DNA of 64,000 nucleotides from an uncultured Anderseniella sp. (GTDB lineage Bacteria > Pseudomonadota > Alphaproteobacteria > Rhizobiales > Aestuariivirgaceae): contig CANKYU010000001.1 in assembly GCA_947488295.1 (NCBI GenBank), positions 854,183-918,182 of the forward strand. Reading direction: 5' to 3'. Numbering within the stretch: position 1 is the first letter of the stretch; the number at the start of each line of letters is the position of its first letter. Below, piece by piece: positions 50,158-61,947 of the stretch. Below the pieces are notes generated by a model, which did no database searches, was not told the origin of the DNA, and worked only from the letters and a program-made list of their open reading frames with translations. The translations under genes were made by a program, and so were the position numbers.

Positions 50158-52134
50158 ATGAAAACCTGTTCGACAGCAGCTTTGGCTTTTGGCCTGGCGG
50201 CGGCACTGTGCCTGCCCGCGCAGGCCCAGGATGCACCCTTGGGCAAGATCGTCTGGCAGGTGCAGGACCGGTTCCGGTTCTTCTCCGACGAGGCGTTTTT
50301 CAAACCCCATTTGCGGGCAAGTGAAGCATTCAGCGCACTTGAAGCGCCGCGTGACGAATTTGGCCGCAAGAAGATCGGCAGCGAATGGGTTGGACCGATA
50401 CAGTTTGCGGAACGCAAGCTGGCCGGCAGCGCCATCAAGAACGGCCATGATGGCTGGGCAGCGCAAGCCTACACTGCGAGCAAGGAGGCCTTCACCTGCT
50501 GGGACTCCGGCAGGCGGCGGGTGCGCGGCGATTGCCTGAAAACCGATAAAGCGGAAGGCTCGCGCCTGTTTCCGGCGCAGGTCACCATCTCGGCCTCGCT
50601 CGACAGCACCGCTGCTGAGGTATTTGCCGGCAAGCAGTGCGAATGGTTCATTCATACCGGTACCGACAAGGACTGGCGCACTGTCACACAGGTTGACTGC
50701 GCCGGCCCCGCGCAACTGACGGTGCCGGTCAATGCCCAGTTTTCAATGCTGGCGCGCGTTCTGGATCCCGCCAGTGCAAACGGCATGCTGACCCAGGTCA
50801 CCGGTGTATATCAGCAGGTTGACGGCCGCCTGGTCGTCGGGTTCGGCGACAGCTACGGATCCGGTGAGGGCAATCCCGATTACCCGGCAAACTATTCCAA
50901 GTCGGTGACGCTGGCGGATACGGCGCGTCCGCAACCCAGCACCCTGCCGCGCTGGCTTGATCCGGCATGTCACCGTTCAGTGTATTCGCACCAGCAGCGT
51001 ATCGCCATGCAGCTTGCTGCCGAAAACCGTCAGTCGGTGATCAGCTATGTCGGCTATGCCTGTTCCGGCGCTTCGGTTTTCAATGTGATGAAGTCGGTCG
51101 ATACGCACGATGACCATATGGAACCGGTCACTGAAAAATCCCTGCGCGACAATCGCGTCAAAAAGGGAGTTGCCACAACGGCTGCGCAGGCGGACTGGTC
51201 CCAGCTTGACCATGCCGTCCGCGACCTGTGTGCAGATGAAGGGTCGGCAAATTCCAAAAAGCCGATCAAGGGGTGCAGTGCATGGCACGGCAAACCGGAC
51301 CTGGTTCTGCTCAGCGTCGGCGGCAACGATATCGGATTTGCCAATGTGGTGAAGTGGGCAGTTGCGGGAACGGCAGTCGGCCAGGTCCGGTTTCTGTCCG
51401 GCGGCGAGAAACCCGGCACGATGCTGAAGCGCGCTGCCGGCAAGGAAGACCTGGCTGGTTGTTCAGGCGACGAGGCTGGCCTGCAATGCCGCCTGGCAGA
51501 ACGCTATGCGTCGCTTGCCGTCGCCATAGAAAACCGGCTCGGTCTGACCGACCGCAACAAGGTTGTGACCGGACCCTATCCAGGGCCGATGGGCGATGAG
51601 GCCGGTCGCGTGTGCTCGGCTGAGGCGGTCAATGAAGGCGCTGATTCAGAACACTTCATCGCCACTTCCGATGAGCGGTTGCGCAAGCTGCACGACAGGC
51701 TGTTTGCGCAAAAGCAGTTGACCAATGCGATGAAAAAGGCGGTCTCCAAAACCGGTTGGACCTGGGTCGATGCGCTGGCCTGGTCCGGTGCGTTCGACCG
51801 TCACGGTGTGTGCGCGCGAGGTGAAAGAAAGTCCGATGCGTTCAAGTCATTGCAGCTGATCAGCGGCGGATGGGAACCGGTCAGCCCGGCTGAGATGCGG
51901 GCTTATGCGCCGCGGCAGCGCTGGTTCAGAACCTTCAATGACAGCGTGCTGATGCAGTTCTATGTCAGCCGGATTGAACAATTGGCGCGCAATCCCCGCC
52001 AGCCCATCGATTACCATTACCAGGCCGGTGTGTCGGGTTTCTTCCACCCCACTGCCGAAGGCCAGGCGGTGATGGCGGACATGCTGCTCAATGCTTCGCG
52101 CTGCAGGTTGTTCGGCACCGGACCCGGGTGCTGA
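50158..52134 (+). CDS. Large secreted SGNH/GDSL-family hydrolase with ~250 aa N-terminal domain
   Basis: Signal peptide MKTCSTAALAFGLAAALCLPAQA; block I GFGDSYGSGEGN, block III SVGGNDIGF, block V FHPTAEGQ. Confidence 0.6.
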   Translation: MKTCSTAALAFGLAAALCLPAQAQDAPLGKIVWQVQDRFRFFSDEAFFKPHLRASEAFSALEAPRDEFGRKKIGSEWVGPIQFAERKLAGSAIKNGHDGWAAQAYTASKEAFTCWDSGRRRVRGDCLKTDKAEGSRLFPAQVTISASLDSTAAEVFAGKQCEWFIHTGTDKDWRTVTQVDCAGPAQLTVPVNAQFSMLARVLDPASANGMLTQVTGVYQQVDGRLVVGFGDSYGSGEGNPDYPANYSKSVTLADTARPQPSTLPRWLDPACHRSVYSHQQRIAMQLAAENRQSVISYVGYACSGASVFNVMKSVDTHDDHMEPVTEKSLRDNRVKKGVATTAAQADWSQLDHAVRDLCADEGSANSKKPIKGCSAWHGKPDLVLLSVGGNDIGFANVVKWAVAGTAVGQVRFLSGGEKPGTMLKRAAGKEDLAGCSGDEAGLQCRLAERYASLAVAIENRLGLTDRNKVVTGPYPGPMGDEAGRVCSAEAVNEGADSEHFIATSDERLRKLHDRLFAQKQLTNAMKKAVSKTGWTWVDALAWSGAFDRHGVCARGERKSDAFKSLQLISGGWEPVSPAEMRAYAPRQRWFRTFNDSVLMQFYVSRIEQLARNPRQPIDYHYQAGVSGFFHPTAEGQAVMADMLLNASRCRLFGTGPGC

Positions 52135-52220
52135 ATTTGCATTTGACCTGTCCGGCATGTGACGTGCTGCACATGCCGTTACAGCGTTGATCGCTACACG
52201 GACTGCTACCAATTGTTTAG

Positions 52221-52853
52221 ATGGAGCACTTCGTCATGGGCTTTTACAACCGGCATATAATGCCGAGTCTTATCAACTGTTTGTGCGGGATGTCGGAGGT
52301 AACCGATCAACGCCGCAAGGTGGTGCCGCAGGCCGAAGGCCTGGTGGTGGAGATCGGTATCGGTTCCGGGCACAACCTGCCGCACTATGATGCGGGAAAA
52401 GTCACCAAGGTGATCGGCATCGATCCGGATGAACACATGTGGAAGGCCGGCCGCGACAGGGTCAGACAGTCGCCCGTTCCGGTGGAACGGGTGGGGCTTT
52501 CCGGTGAACAGATACCCCTGGACAGACATATGGCTGACACGGTGCTGGTCACTTATTCGCTATGCACGATCCCGGATGCAGTGGCAGCGCTGCAGGAGAT
52601 GCGCCGCATCCTGAAACCGGGTGGACGGCTGCTGTTTCTCGAACATGGTGCCGCGCCGGAAGCGAGTGTGCGCAAATGGCAGGACCGGATCGATCCGGTC
52701 TGGAAACGGATTGCCGGCGGCTGTCATTCGGGCCGCCCGATTCCGGAACTGCTCGAGCAGGCCGGATGGAAAATCGAAGAGATGTCGCAAGGCTACATAA
52801 GTGGCCCGAAACCGCTGACCTATAATTACCTCGGGTCGGCGATCGCGGGTTGA
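52221..52853 (+). CDS. Class I SAM-dependent methyltransferase (methyltransf_11-like)
   Basis: Motif I VVEIGIGSGHN, motif II/III LKPGGRLLFLEH. Confidence 0.75.
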   Translation: MEHFVMGFYNRHIMPSLINCLCGMSEVTDQRRKVVPQAEGLVVEIGIGSGHNLPHYDAGKVTKVIGIDPDEHMWKAGRDRVRQSPVPVERVGLSGEQIPLDRHMADTVLVTYSLCTIPDAVAALQEMRRILKPGGRLLFLEHGAAPEASVRKWQDRIDPVWKRIAGGCHSGRPIPELLEQAGWKIEEMSQGYISGPKPLTYNYLGSAIAG

Positions 52854-52864
52854 GGCGCCGTTCC

Positions 52865-53563
52865 CTACCAGCCCTGCGCCGTCATGAAGTTGTTGAACAG
52901 ACTTTGGGTCAGCGACGTGAGTTGCGGTTGGGCGTCTTCGACATGGCCGACAAAGTTTGCATAGGCGTCTTCGGATTTGACGGCCTTGTTCATCTCTGTC
53001 CGCCACGACGGGGCCCAGCCGCGCACGGTGCTTACGTCCCATTCGTGATGGAACTGGGTCGAGTAGGCATGCGTGCCGACCGTCATCATCTGATTGGCGC
53101 ACAGCTGCGACGACCCGTGGACGCTGGCAACGTCAGGTGCCCGCTTCACTTCTGCCGAATGCCACTGGGTAACTGTCTGCGGTCCCTTGACCGGTGCAGT
53201 GTCATCGAAGGCCACGGTGCACACACCGACCTCGGTCGTATCGCTTTGTCCGACCTCGCCGCCAAGTGATGTGGCCAGCAACTGGTGTCCCAGGCACAGG
53301 CCGATATAGGGCTTGGCGCGGGTCTCCACCCAGTCTCGGATCACGGTCTTCTCAGCGGCAAGCCAGGGGTTTTCATCTTCCTCCCAGACCTGCTGGGCAC
53401 CGCCGAGGACGACGACCAGGTCGACACCGGACATGTCGTCAGGGGTTTCGCCTTTGTGCCAGTCCAGGAACGAGACATCGAAACCGCGCTGGCGCAGCAG
53501 GTGAGGGAAACAGCCGCCGGTATCGTCACTCATATGACGGAAGACAAGTGCGGTACGGGTCAT
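52865..53563 (-). CDS. Type 1 glutamine amidotransferase-like protein
   Basis: GATase1 fold with catalytic Cys in GLCLGHQLL and His/Glu near C-term. Confidence 0.75.
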   Translation of the reverse strand: MTRTALVFRHMSDDTGGCFPHLLRQRGFDVSFLDWHKGETPDDMSGVDLVVVLGGAQQVWEEDENPWLAAEKTVIRDWVETRAKPYIGLCLGHQLLATSLGGEVGQSDTTEVGVCTVAFDDTAPVKGPQTVTQWHSAEVKRAPDVASVHGSSQLCANQMMTVGTHAYSTQFHHEWDVSTVRGWAPSWRTEMNKAVKSEDAYANFVGHVEDAQPQLTSLTQSLFNNFMTAQGW

Positions 53564-53829
53564 TCAGAAGAAATCTTGGCCAGCTGTTTGTGAGGTGTTG
53601 ACTGCGGCAGCGGCTGCAGGCCGGCCTGCGGGCAGAAATCCGCAATCTGCTTCCATGACGTGTTGTTCAGGTTCATTTCACATCGGCGCAGGTTGCCGCG
53701 AATGCACAATGTGGTGCCGAGTTCGTAATACTCGCCATACAGACGGCAGCGGCAATTGGGATCGGCACTGGCGGCAGGAGCTGCCAGTAGGAAAACGCTT
53801 GAAATGAGCAAATACGCCATCGATTTCAT
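53560..53829 (-). CDS. Small secreted Cys-rich hypothetical protein
   Basis: Signal peptide MKSMAYLLISSVFLLAAPAASA then 6 Cys in ~45 aa; stop overlaps GATase start (ATGA). Confidence 0.35.
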   Translation of the reverse strand: MKSMAYLLISSVFLLAAPAASADPNCRCRLYGEYYELGTTLCIRGNLRRCEMNLNNTSWKQIADFCPQAGLQPLPQSTPHKQLAKISSE

Positions 53830-53971
53830 GGCGTAATGATAGCGTAATTGCGTTTTTCACGCTAGAGCAACAAATATTCATTACAGGGAGCATTGCGGCG
53901 GCTTGTGCCATCGGAAGTGATCATATGTTTGAAATCAAACAGTTAAAGTGCCGCAAGAATTGACAGTGAAC

Positions 53972-54184
53972 TCATAGAAGCTGCAGTTCCGTGGCCTGCT
54001 GACCGCGTCCGCGCTTGTCGTCCTGCAACTCGTAAGACAGCTTCGCGCCGTCACTCAGGTCCGGAATACCGGCGGCCTGAACGGCGGTGATGTGAACGAA
54101 AACATCCTTTGAACCATCTTCCGGTGTGATGAACCCGTACCCCTTGGTTGTGTTGAAGAACTTCACCGTACCGTTGTGCCGCAT
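53972..54184 (-). CDS. Cold-shock protein (CspA family)
   Basis: RNP1/RNP2 motifs (KGYGFI, VFVHI). Confidence 0.9.
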   Translation of the reverse strand: MRHNGTVKFFNTTKGYGFITPEDGSKDVFVHITAVQAAGIPDLSDGAKLSYELQDDKRGRGQQATELQLL

Positions 54185-54329
54185 GATCCAGACCCTGTCT
54201 CAGTTCCGTTTGGGAGGTGACGTGCGCCGAACCTGCAAACGGCAGATGGCGAATTGTTGACATCCCGTGAGCAACCATAGCTGCATTTTCGTATTGTCCA
54301 ATACACAATCCCCGGTTAGCTTTCATGTC

Positions 54330-54932
54330 ATGAATACACGCTTTTACACCGGATTCGCGGCCATCTGCATCGGCCTTGCCTTTCTGATCACCGGTCCTGC
54401 TGCAGATGCGCGACCCAAGGTGAAAACCAAAACCCAGCATTACCGCGTGGACGGCTCGGATGCAGCAGCCATCGTCTCGTCGATGATGAAGCAGCACCGG
54501 CTGCTGGGCGGGCAGGGCCGCGTGGGCCGCACCAAGATGAAACGCCGCATTGAATGGGAATTTTCCGAGACCAAGAAATCCTGCCGCGTCAAAAGCCACA
54601 CCATCCGGCTCGACTTCACTACACAGTTGCCACGGCACCGCTCTGAAAAGCGCCTGCGCCGCAGCCTGCGCAAGGACTGGCGGGCGTTTGCCAAGCACGT
54701 GAAATGGCATGAGGCCCAGCATCGCAAGATCTGGCTGAGCTGTGCGCGCCGCACCGAGAAGAAGGTCAACCGGGCCCGCGCCAGAACCTGCGGGCAACTG
54801 ATGAAGAAGCTGGAACGCATCTATGAGAGGTCCAATGCGGCCTGTGACAAGCGCCATGCCAGCTTCGACGCCAAGGAAACCCGCAGGCTCGGCAGGCACC
54901 CGCTGATCCGCCGTGCGAACCGTGGACAATGA
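54330..54932 (+). CDS. DUF922-like predicted secreted Zn-dependent protease, tentative
   Basis: N-terminal TM/signal (FYTGFAAICIGLAFLITGPAADA), HExxH motif (WHEAQH), highly basic. Confidence 0.45.
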   Translation: MNTRFYTGFAAICIGLAFLITGPAADARPKVKTKTQHYRVDGSDAAAIVSSMMKQHRLLGGQGRVGRTKMKRRIEWEFSETKKSCRVKSHTIRLDFTTQLPRHRSEKRLRRSLRKDWRAFAKHVKWHEAQHRKIWLSCARRTEKKVNRARARTCGQLMKKLERIYERSNAACDKRHASFDAKETRRLGRHPLIRRANRGQ

Positions 54933-54943
54933 GAGAGTTTACC

Positions 54944-55393
54944 ATGAAACGGCTCGCCATACTTGCCGTGCCGATGCTGTTGAGCATCCCGGCGCAGGCT
55001 GAGCAGCAATCGCGGGTCATGCCGCTGGAGCAGGTGAAAAGCATCCTGGAGGCGACCAAGGACAGTTGGGTGGCCTATCGCATCTATAATGGCCGACAGT
55101 ATTACTACGTTACACACCTGCTGTCGTGGCGCTGTGGCATCAAGCAGGTGCGCTATTCGGAAAACTCCGACACGCTCGACAAAACCTGGCCGCTGCCTGA
55201 ATGCAACAAGCTGATACCCAACACCATTCCCAATGACGCGAAAATTCACAACACGCCTGGGAAGATCGGCAGTATCAGGACACTGGCGATCCAGCTGGAA
55301 TTCGATGACGGCAGTACGTCGCCGGTGCGCATCTACGAACCGTGCGAAGGCGTCGGCGAAGCGACCTGCGGGTACCTGAAAGAAGAGCGGTAG
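54944..55393 (+). CDS. Hypothetical secreted protein
   Basis: Signal peptide MKRLAILAVPMLLSIPAQA; 4 Cys; no family recognised. Confidence 0.4.
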   Translation: MKRLAILAVPMLLSIPAQAEQQSRVMPLEQVKSILEATKDSWVAYRIYNGRQYYYVTHLLSWRCGIKQVRYSENSDTLDKTWPLPECNKLIPNTIPNDAKIHNTPGKIGSIRTLAIQLEFDDGSTSPVRIYEPCEGVGEATCGYLKEER

Positions 55394-55403
55394 ACATTTC
55401 TCC

Positions 55404-56054
55404 ATGACAGACACACCCGACATGCCGCTGCGCGCAGCGATACTTCCCGTCACGCCCTTGCAACAGAACTGCACCATCTTGTGGTGCACGAAGACCATGG
55501 ACGGTGTCGTGATCGACCCCGGCGGCGACGTGGAGAACATCCTGCGCGGCGTCAAGGAAACCGGCATCACGCCCGCAGGCATCTGGCTGACCCACGGCCA
55601 TTTCGACCATGCCGCCGGCGCGGCCGAGTTGAAAGAGGCACTCGACGTGCCGATCACGGGGCCTCATATCGACGACAGGTTCCTGCTCGATGAACTGGCA
55701 ACATCAGGCGAGCAGTATGGCGTGCCGGGCCGGGCGGTGACGCCGGACACCTGGCTCGACGAGGGCGACACGGTAACGGTCGGCAAGGTTTCATTTGCAG
55801 TGCGTCATTGCCCGGGCCATTCGCCGGGCCACGTGGTCATGCTCAACGAGGCGATCAAATTCGGCCATGTGGGCGATGTGCTGTTCCAGGGCTCGATCGG
55901 GCGCACCGACTTTCCATACGGCGACCATGACGCGCTGATCGCAGCCATCAAGGAAAAGCTGTTGCCGCTGCCGGACGATTTCACCTTCATCTGCGGCCAT
56001 GGGCCGGCCAGCAATATCGGCAATGAGCGGGTGAACAATCCGTTTTTAAAGTAG
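55404..56054 (+). CDS. MBL-fold metallo-hydrolase (glyoxalase II-like)
   Basis: HxHxDH motif (THGHFDHAAG), downstream His/Asp ligands. Confidence 0.8.
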   Translation: MTDTPDMPLRAAILPVTPLQQNCTILWCTKTMDGVVIDPGGDVENILRGVKETGITPAGIWLTHGHFDHAAGAAELKEALDVPITGPHIDDRFLLDELATSGEQYGVPGRAVTPDTWLDEGDTVTVGKVSFAVRHCPGHSPGHVVMLNEAIKFGHVGDVLFQGSIGRTDFPYGDHDALIAAIKEKLLPLPDDFTFICGHGPASNIGNERVNNPFLK

Positions 56055-56080
56055 GTTCTTCTGGTCGAATCTCCAGCGCT

Positions 56081-56164
56081 GTCATTCCCGTGAAAACGGG
56101 AATCCAATCCACGCCGGATACAATTGCCGATCTGGCATTGGATCCCCGTTTTCACGGGGATGAC
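56081..56164. repeat. Palindromic repeat element: two inverted copies of GTCATyCCCGTGAAAACGGGrATsm hairpin
   Basis: gtcattcccgtgaaaacgggaatcc ... ggatccccgttttcacggggatgac; same hairpin recurs at 57566-57591. Confidence 0.5.
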
Positions 56165-56222
56165 GCAGGTGCGGTAATGGTTTTAGTGTCCGTAAACTTC
56201 AAAATTGCCGGAGGACTATCTC

Positions 56223-57425
56223 ATGCGTATTGAAGCGGTTGAAACCCTGCGTCTTGGCGATCATCCCAACCTGTTGTGGGTGCGCGTGCACACCGACGCC
56301 GGGCTGACCGGGCTTGGAGAAACCTACTTCGGTGCAGGGCCCAGCGAAGCGGACATTCACGACCGCATCGCGCCGGTCATTCTGGGCCAGGACGCCAGCC
56401 GCATCGAATTCCTCAACATGAAGATGCAGCCCTATACCGGCTTCACCGGCAGCGGTGCGGAAGTGCGCGCCTTGTCTGCAGTAGACGTGGCGCTGTGGGA
56501 CATTGCCGGCAAGGCGGCCAACATGCCGCTGTGCGATGTGCTGGGCGGTCGCACGCGCGAGGCCATACAGGTCTACAATACCTGTGCCGGTCCCAACTAC
56601 GTCTCGAAAACATCTGCTGTTCGACCGGACAATTTCGGGGCTGCTTCAGACGGCAAAGCCGGTACCACGTACGAAGACCTGGATGCGTTCCTGCATCATC
56701 CGGAAGACCTCGCGGCGTCGCTGATGGAGATGGGGATTTTCTCCATGAAAATCTGGCCGTTCGACCTGGCTGATGGGGCGGTCGACGGTGTAGATATTTC
56801 TGCCGCCGATTTGAACATGGCGCTTGAGCAATTTGAGAAAATCCGCGCTGCCCATGGTGACAGGATGCGCCTGAAGGCCGAACTGCACGGGTTGTGGAGC
56901 CTGAACGCCGCACAGAAGATCGCCGCTGCGCTGGAACCCATCGGAATGGACTGGATCGAGGACCCGTTATGGATGGACCGTACGGAGGAACTGGCTGAAC
57001 TTGCCAGCACTACCAGCGCGCCGCTGGCCGGCGGCGAGACGCTGGCCGGTCTGGGGCAGTTCAAGGCGCTGATAGACGAGGGCAATATCGCCACGCCGAT
57101 TATGGACGTCACCTGGGCAGGCGGCATCACCGCAGCGCGCAAGGTTGCCGCACTGGCCGAAGCGCGCGCCAGGCCGATTGCCTTCCACGACTGCTCCGGC
57201 CCGGTCACGCTGGCCGCGTCCACACATCTCGCACTGGCCCTGCGCAATGTGCGTGAACAGGAAATCGCACGCGGGTTCTACTATGGCTGGTACCAGGACT
57301 TCGTCGACAATCTGCCGCCGGTCGAAAACGGCATGATCACCATCCCCGGCGGTCCTGGCCTGGGGATGGACCTGCTGCCGGGGCTGGTAAAGCGCGAAGA
57401 TGCCGTGCACCGGATTTCGCGGTAG
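56223..57425 (+). CDS. Enolase-superfamily enzyme (mandelate racemase/muconate lactonizing enzyme, D-galactonate dehydratase-like)
   Basis: MR/MLE N-terminal capping domain then TIM-barrel with metal-ligand Asp/Glu blocks (DxxxxxWIEDP). Confidence 0.85.
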   Translation: MRIEAVETLRLGDHPNLLWVRVHTDAGLTGLGETYFGAGPSEADIHDRIAPVILGQDASRIEFLNMKMQPYTGFTGSGAEVRALSAVDVALWDIAGKAANMPLCDVLGGRTREAIQVYNTCAGPNYVSKTSAVRPDNFGAASDGKAGTTYEDLDAFLHHPEDLAASLMEMGIFSMKIWPFDLADGAVDGVDISAADLNMALEQFEKIRAAHGDRMRLKAELHGLWSLNAAQKIAAALEPIGMDWIEDPLWMDRTEELAELASTTSAPLAGGETLAGLGQFKALIDEGNIATPIMDVTWAGGITAARKVAALAEARARPIAFHDCSGPVTLAASTHLALALRNVREQEIARGFYYGWYQDFVDNLPPVENGMITIPGGPGLGMDLLPGLVKREDAVHRISR

Positions 57426-57565
57426 GCGTAGAACCCGAGCGAGACGCATTTTATGCCGCTCACGCAAGCAGGCTTCGCCTGCGCTCCGCTGGGGCGCACT
57501 TCGTGCGGCGGCCAGTCGGCCTTGCCTCGGCACTTACGTGCCTCGGAGGGGAACTCATCACCTTC

Positions 57566-57660
57566 GTCATCCCCGTGAAAACGGGGATGACAAATGGGGC
57601 GGTGGTTCAGGTAACCATGTCATCCTCGGGCCTGTCCCGAGGATCCACTTTTGCGATAGC
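57566..57660. repeat. Palindromic repeat unit R1 (hairpin gtcatccccgtgaaaacggggatgac + conserved spacer + hairpin atcctcgggcctgtcccgaggat), immediately 3' of the GIY-YIG gene
   Basis: ~85% identical direct repeat of 57975-58068. Confidence 0.6.
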
Positions 57661-57664
57661 CGCG

Positions 57665-57952
57665 TTACGCAGTGAAATCGGCGAAAAGGTCTGCCCAGTC
57701 GGAATTTTGCTGCTCGATCAGGTTGATCTTCCAGGCCCGCCGGTAGCGCTTGATCGACTTCTCGCGCTGAATGGCATCACGCACATCGTCGTACTGCTCA
57801 TAGTAGACGAGCCGGTGAACATTGTAGCGCCGGGTAAAGGCACTGCCGGTTCCCGCGCGGTGCTGCAGTACCCGGTTGGGCAGATCACCGGTGACACCCA
57901 CATAGAGCGTTCCGTGCCTGCCTGACGCCAAAATGTAAGTGCAATACGCCAT
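57665..57952 (-). CDS. GIY-YIG nuclease superfamily protein (UPF0213/Slx1-like small ORF)
   Basis: 95 aa; CTYILASGRHGTLYVGVTGDLPNRVLQHR... GIY-YIG core and conserved Arg/Glu. Confidence 0.85.
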   Translation of the reverse strand: MAYCTYILASGRHGTLYVGVTGDLPNRVLQHRAGTGSAFTRRYNVHRLVYYEQYDDVRDAIQREKSIKRYRRAWKINLIEQQNSDWADLFADFTA

Positions 57953-57974
57953 GGCAGCACCAACCTAGCAAGAT

Positions 57975-58068
57975 GGATCCCCGGGACAAGCCCGGGGATG
58001 ACAAGTGGGGAGTGCGGTTCAGGTAACCATGTCATCCTCGGGCTTGTCCCGAGGATCCAGGTTTGCGT
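57975..58068. repeat. Palindromic repeat unit R2 (hairpin atccccgggacaagcccggggat + conserved spacer + hairpin atcctcgggcttgtcccgaggat), immediately 5' of the GIY-YIG gene
   Basis: Direct repeat of R1; the first hairpin again differs in sequence but stays palindromic. Confidence 0.6.
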
Positions 58069-58102
58069 AACCTAACTGGCGTGAATGGTGTAACTTTCCC
58101 AC

Positions 58103-58306
58103 CTAGTCCTTCAGGATAAACGTCACTTTCAGAACGACGCGGTACTCGGTGATCTTGCCGTCCTCCACGATAACACGCTGGTCCTTGACCCAGGCGCCGG
58201 TGACATTTTTCAGCGTTTTGGACGCGCGCTTTACGCCCTTGCGCGTGGCGTCTTCAAAACTGTCCTGCGATGACGCGATGATTTCCGTTACGCGAGCTAC
58301 TGACAT
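58103..58306 (-). CDS. Dodecin-family flavin-binding protein
   Basis: 67 aa MSVARVTEIIASSQDSFEDA...VLKVTFILKD, typical dodecin length and blocks; track ORF N-extension rejected. Confidence 0.65.
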   Translation of the reverse strand: MSVARVTEIIASSQDSFEDATRKGVKRASKTLKNVTGAWVKDQRVIVEDGKITEYRVVLKVTFILKD

Positions 58307-58432
58307 GGCGATTTCCTTTCCCTGTCGGGGTTCTAGTATCGCTCCCCAGCGCATCGAAACATGGTTGCATACGTCAACTGGCCGGGGAAGGGCTGGTTGA
58401 ATCATCAGCCCCGATAGAGTTAGCCGGCTGGC

Positions 58433-61096
<2,664 letters not shown>

Positions 61097-61274
61097 GTTT
61101 TTGCTCGATCAGCCTGTCCACCTGCACTTCGTTTCGGTGGGCCGATCTCGATGCCTCGAACTGTTGTTGTCGTTATCTCGAACCGCTGTTCTCGTTATTG
61201 TGAGAACATAGTGCATTGGTTGCGCCGGTTAAAGGCAGCATAGTGGCTCTGCTGACAGTTTATGCGCAAGGAGA

Positions 61275-61859
61275 GTGGCAATGAAAATAGTTCGAATGGC
61301 GGGCACGGCAGTCCTGATTGCAGTGATGGCCTCAGGCGCGCTGGCGCAAAGCCAGACACCGCCGCCTGCCGCTCCCAAACCGAAAGCCGCGGTTGAAGGC
61401 ACCATGACGACGAAGCGCATGGCCGAGATCATCAAGCGGCTTGATCCCAAGGCGAAAGCCGCGACCAATGCCAGTGCCTGGCAGTTCCACATCGAGGAAG
61501 TGCCGGTGGTGGTGGTCACCGATGCCGGCAACAACCGCATGCGCATCATGATCGCGCTGAAAAAGGCCGACACCATGTCGCCGCAGGAATTGCTGCGGCT
61601 GTCGCAGGCCAATTTCGACACCGCGCTCGATGCCCGCTATGCCATCGCCAAGGGATTGTTGTGGGCGACATTCATTCACCCGCTGAGCGAACTGCACGAC
61701 AAGCAATTCATCGAAGGAATCGGCCAGACGGTAAATGCCGCGAAATCCTACGGCACCACCTATTCATCCGGTCTTTTGAGCTTTGGCGGCGGCGACAGCC
61801 GCGGCATCATCCAGCGCGACCTGATCGACAAGCTGATCAAGAAGGGCCAGGAGATCTAG
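61275..61859 (+). CDS. Hypothetical periplasmic protein
   Basis: Signal peptide MAMKIVRMAGTAVLIAVMASGALA; no confident family. Confidence 0.4.
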   Translation: MAMKIVRMAGTAVLIAVMASGALAQSQTPPPAAPKPKAAVEGTMTTKRMAEIIKRLDPKAKAATNASAWQFHIEEVPVVVVTDAGNNRMRIMIALKKADTMSPQELLRLSQANFDTALDARYAIAKGLLWATFIHPLSELHDKQFIEGIGQTVNAAKSYGTTYSSGLLSFGGGDSRGIIQRDLIDKLIKKGQEI

Positions 61860-61947
61860 CGGATCGGGTGCAACCCAAAAAATACACCCGCCGACATCAA
61901 AGTCGACGGGTGCATCAGTTCGATGTCTGATCGAATGCCTGGCTGAA

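Noticed and set aside
53855-53875. Possible third copy of the RIME-like element (gctagagcaac)
   Set aside because: Only an 11-nt match with no hairpin partner. Mentioned inside a finding, but too short to call as a feature.
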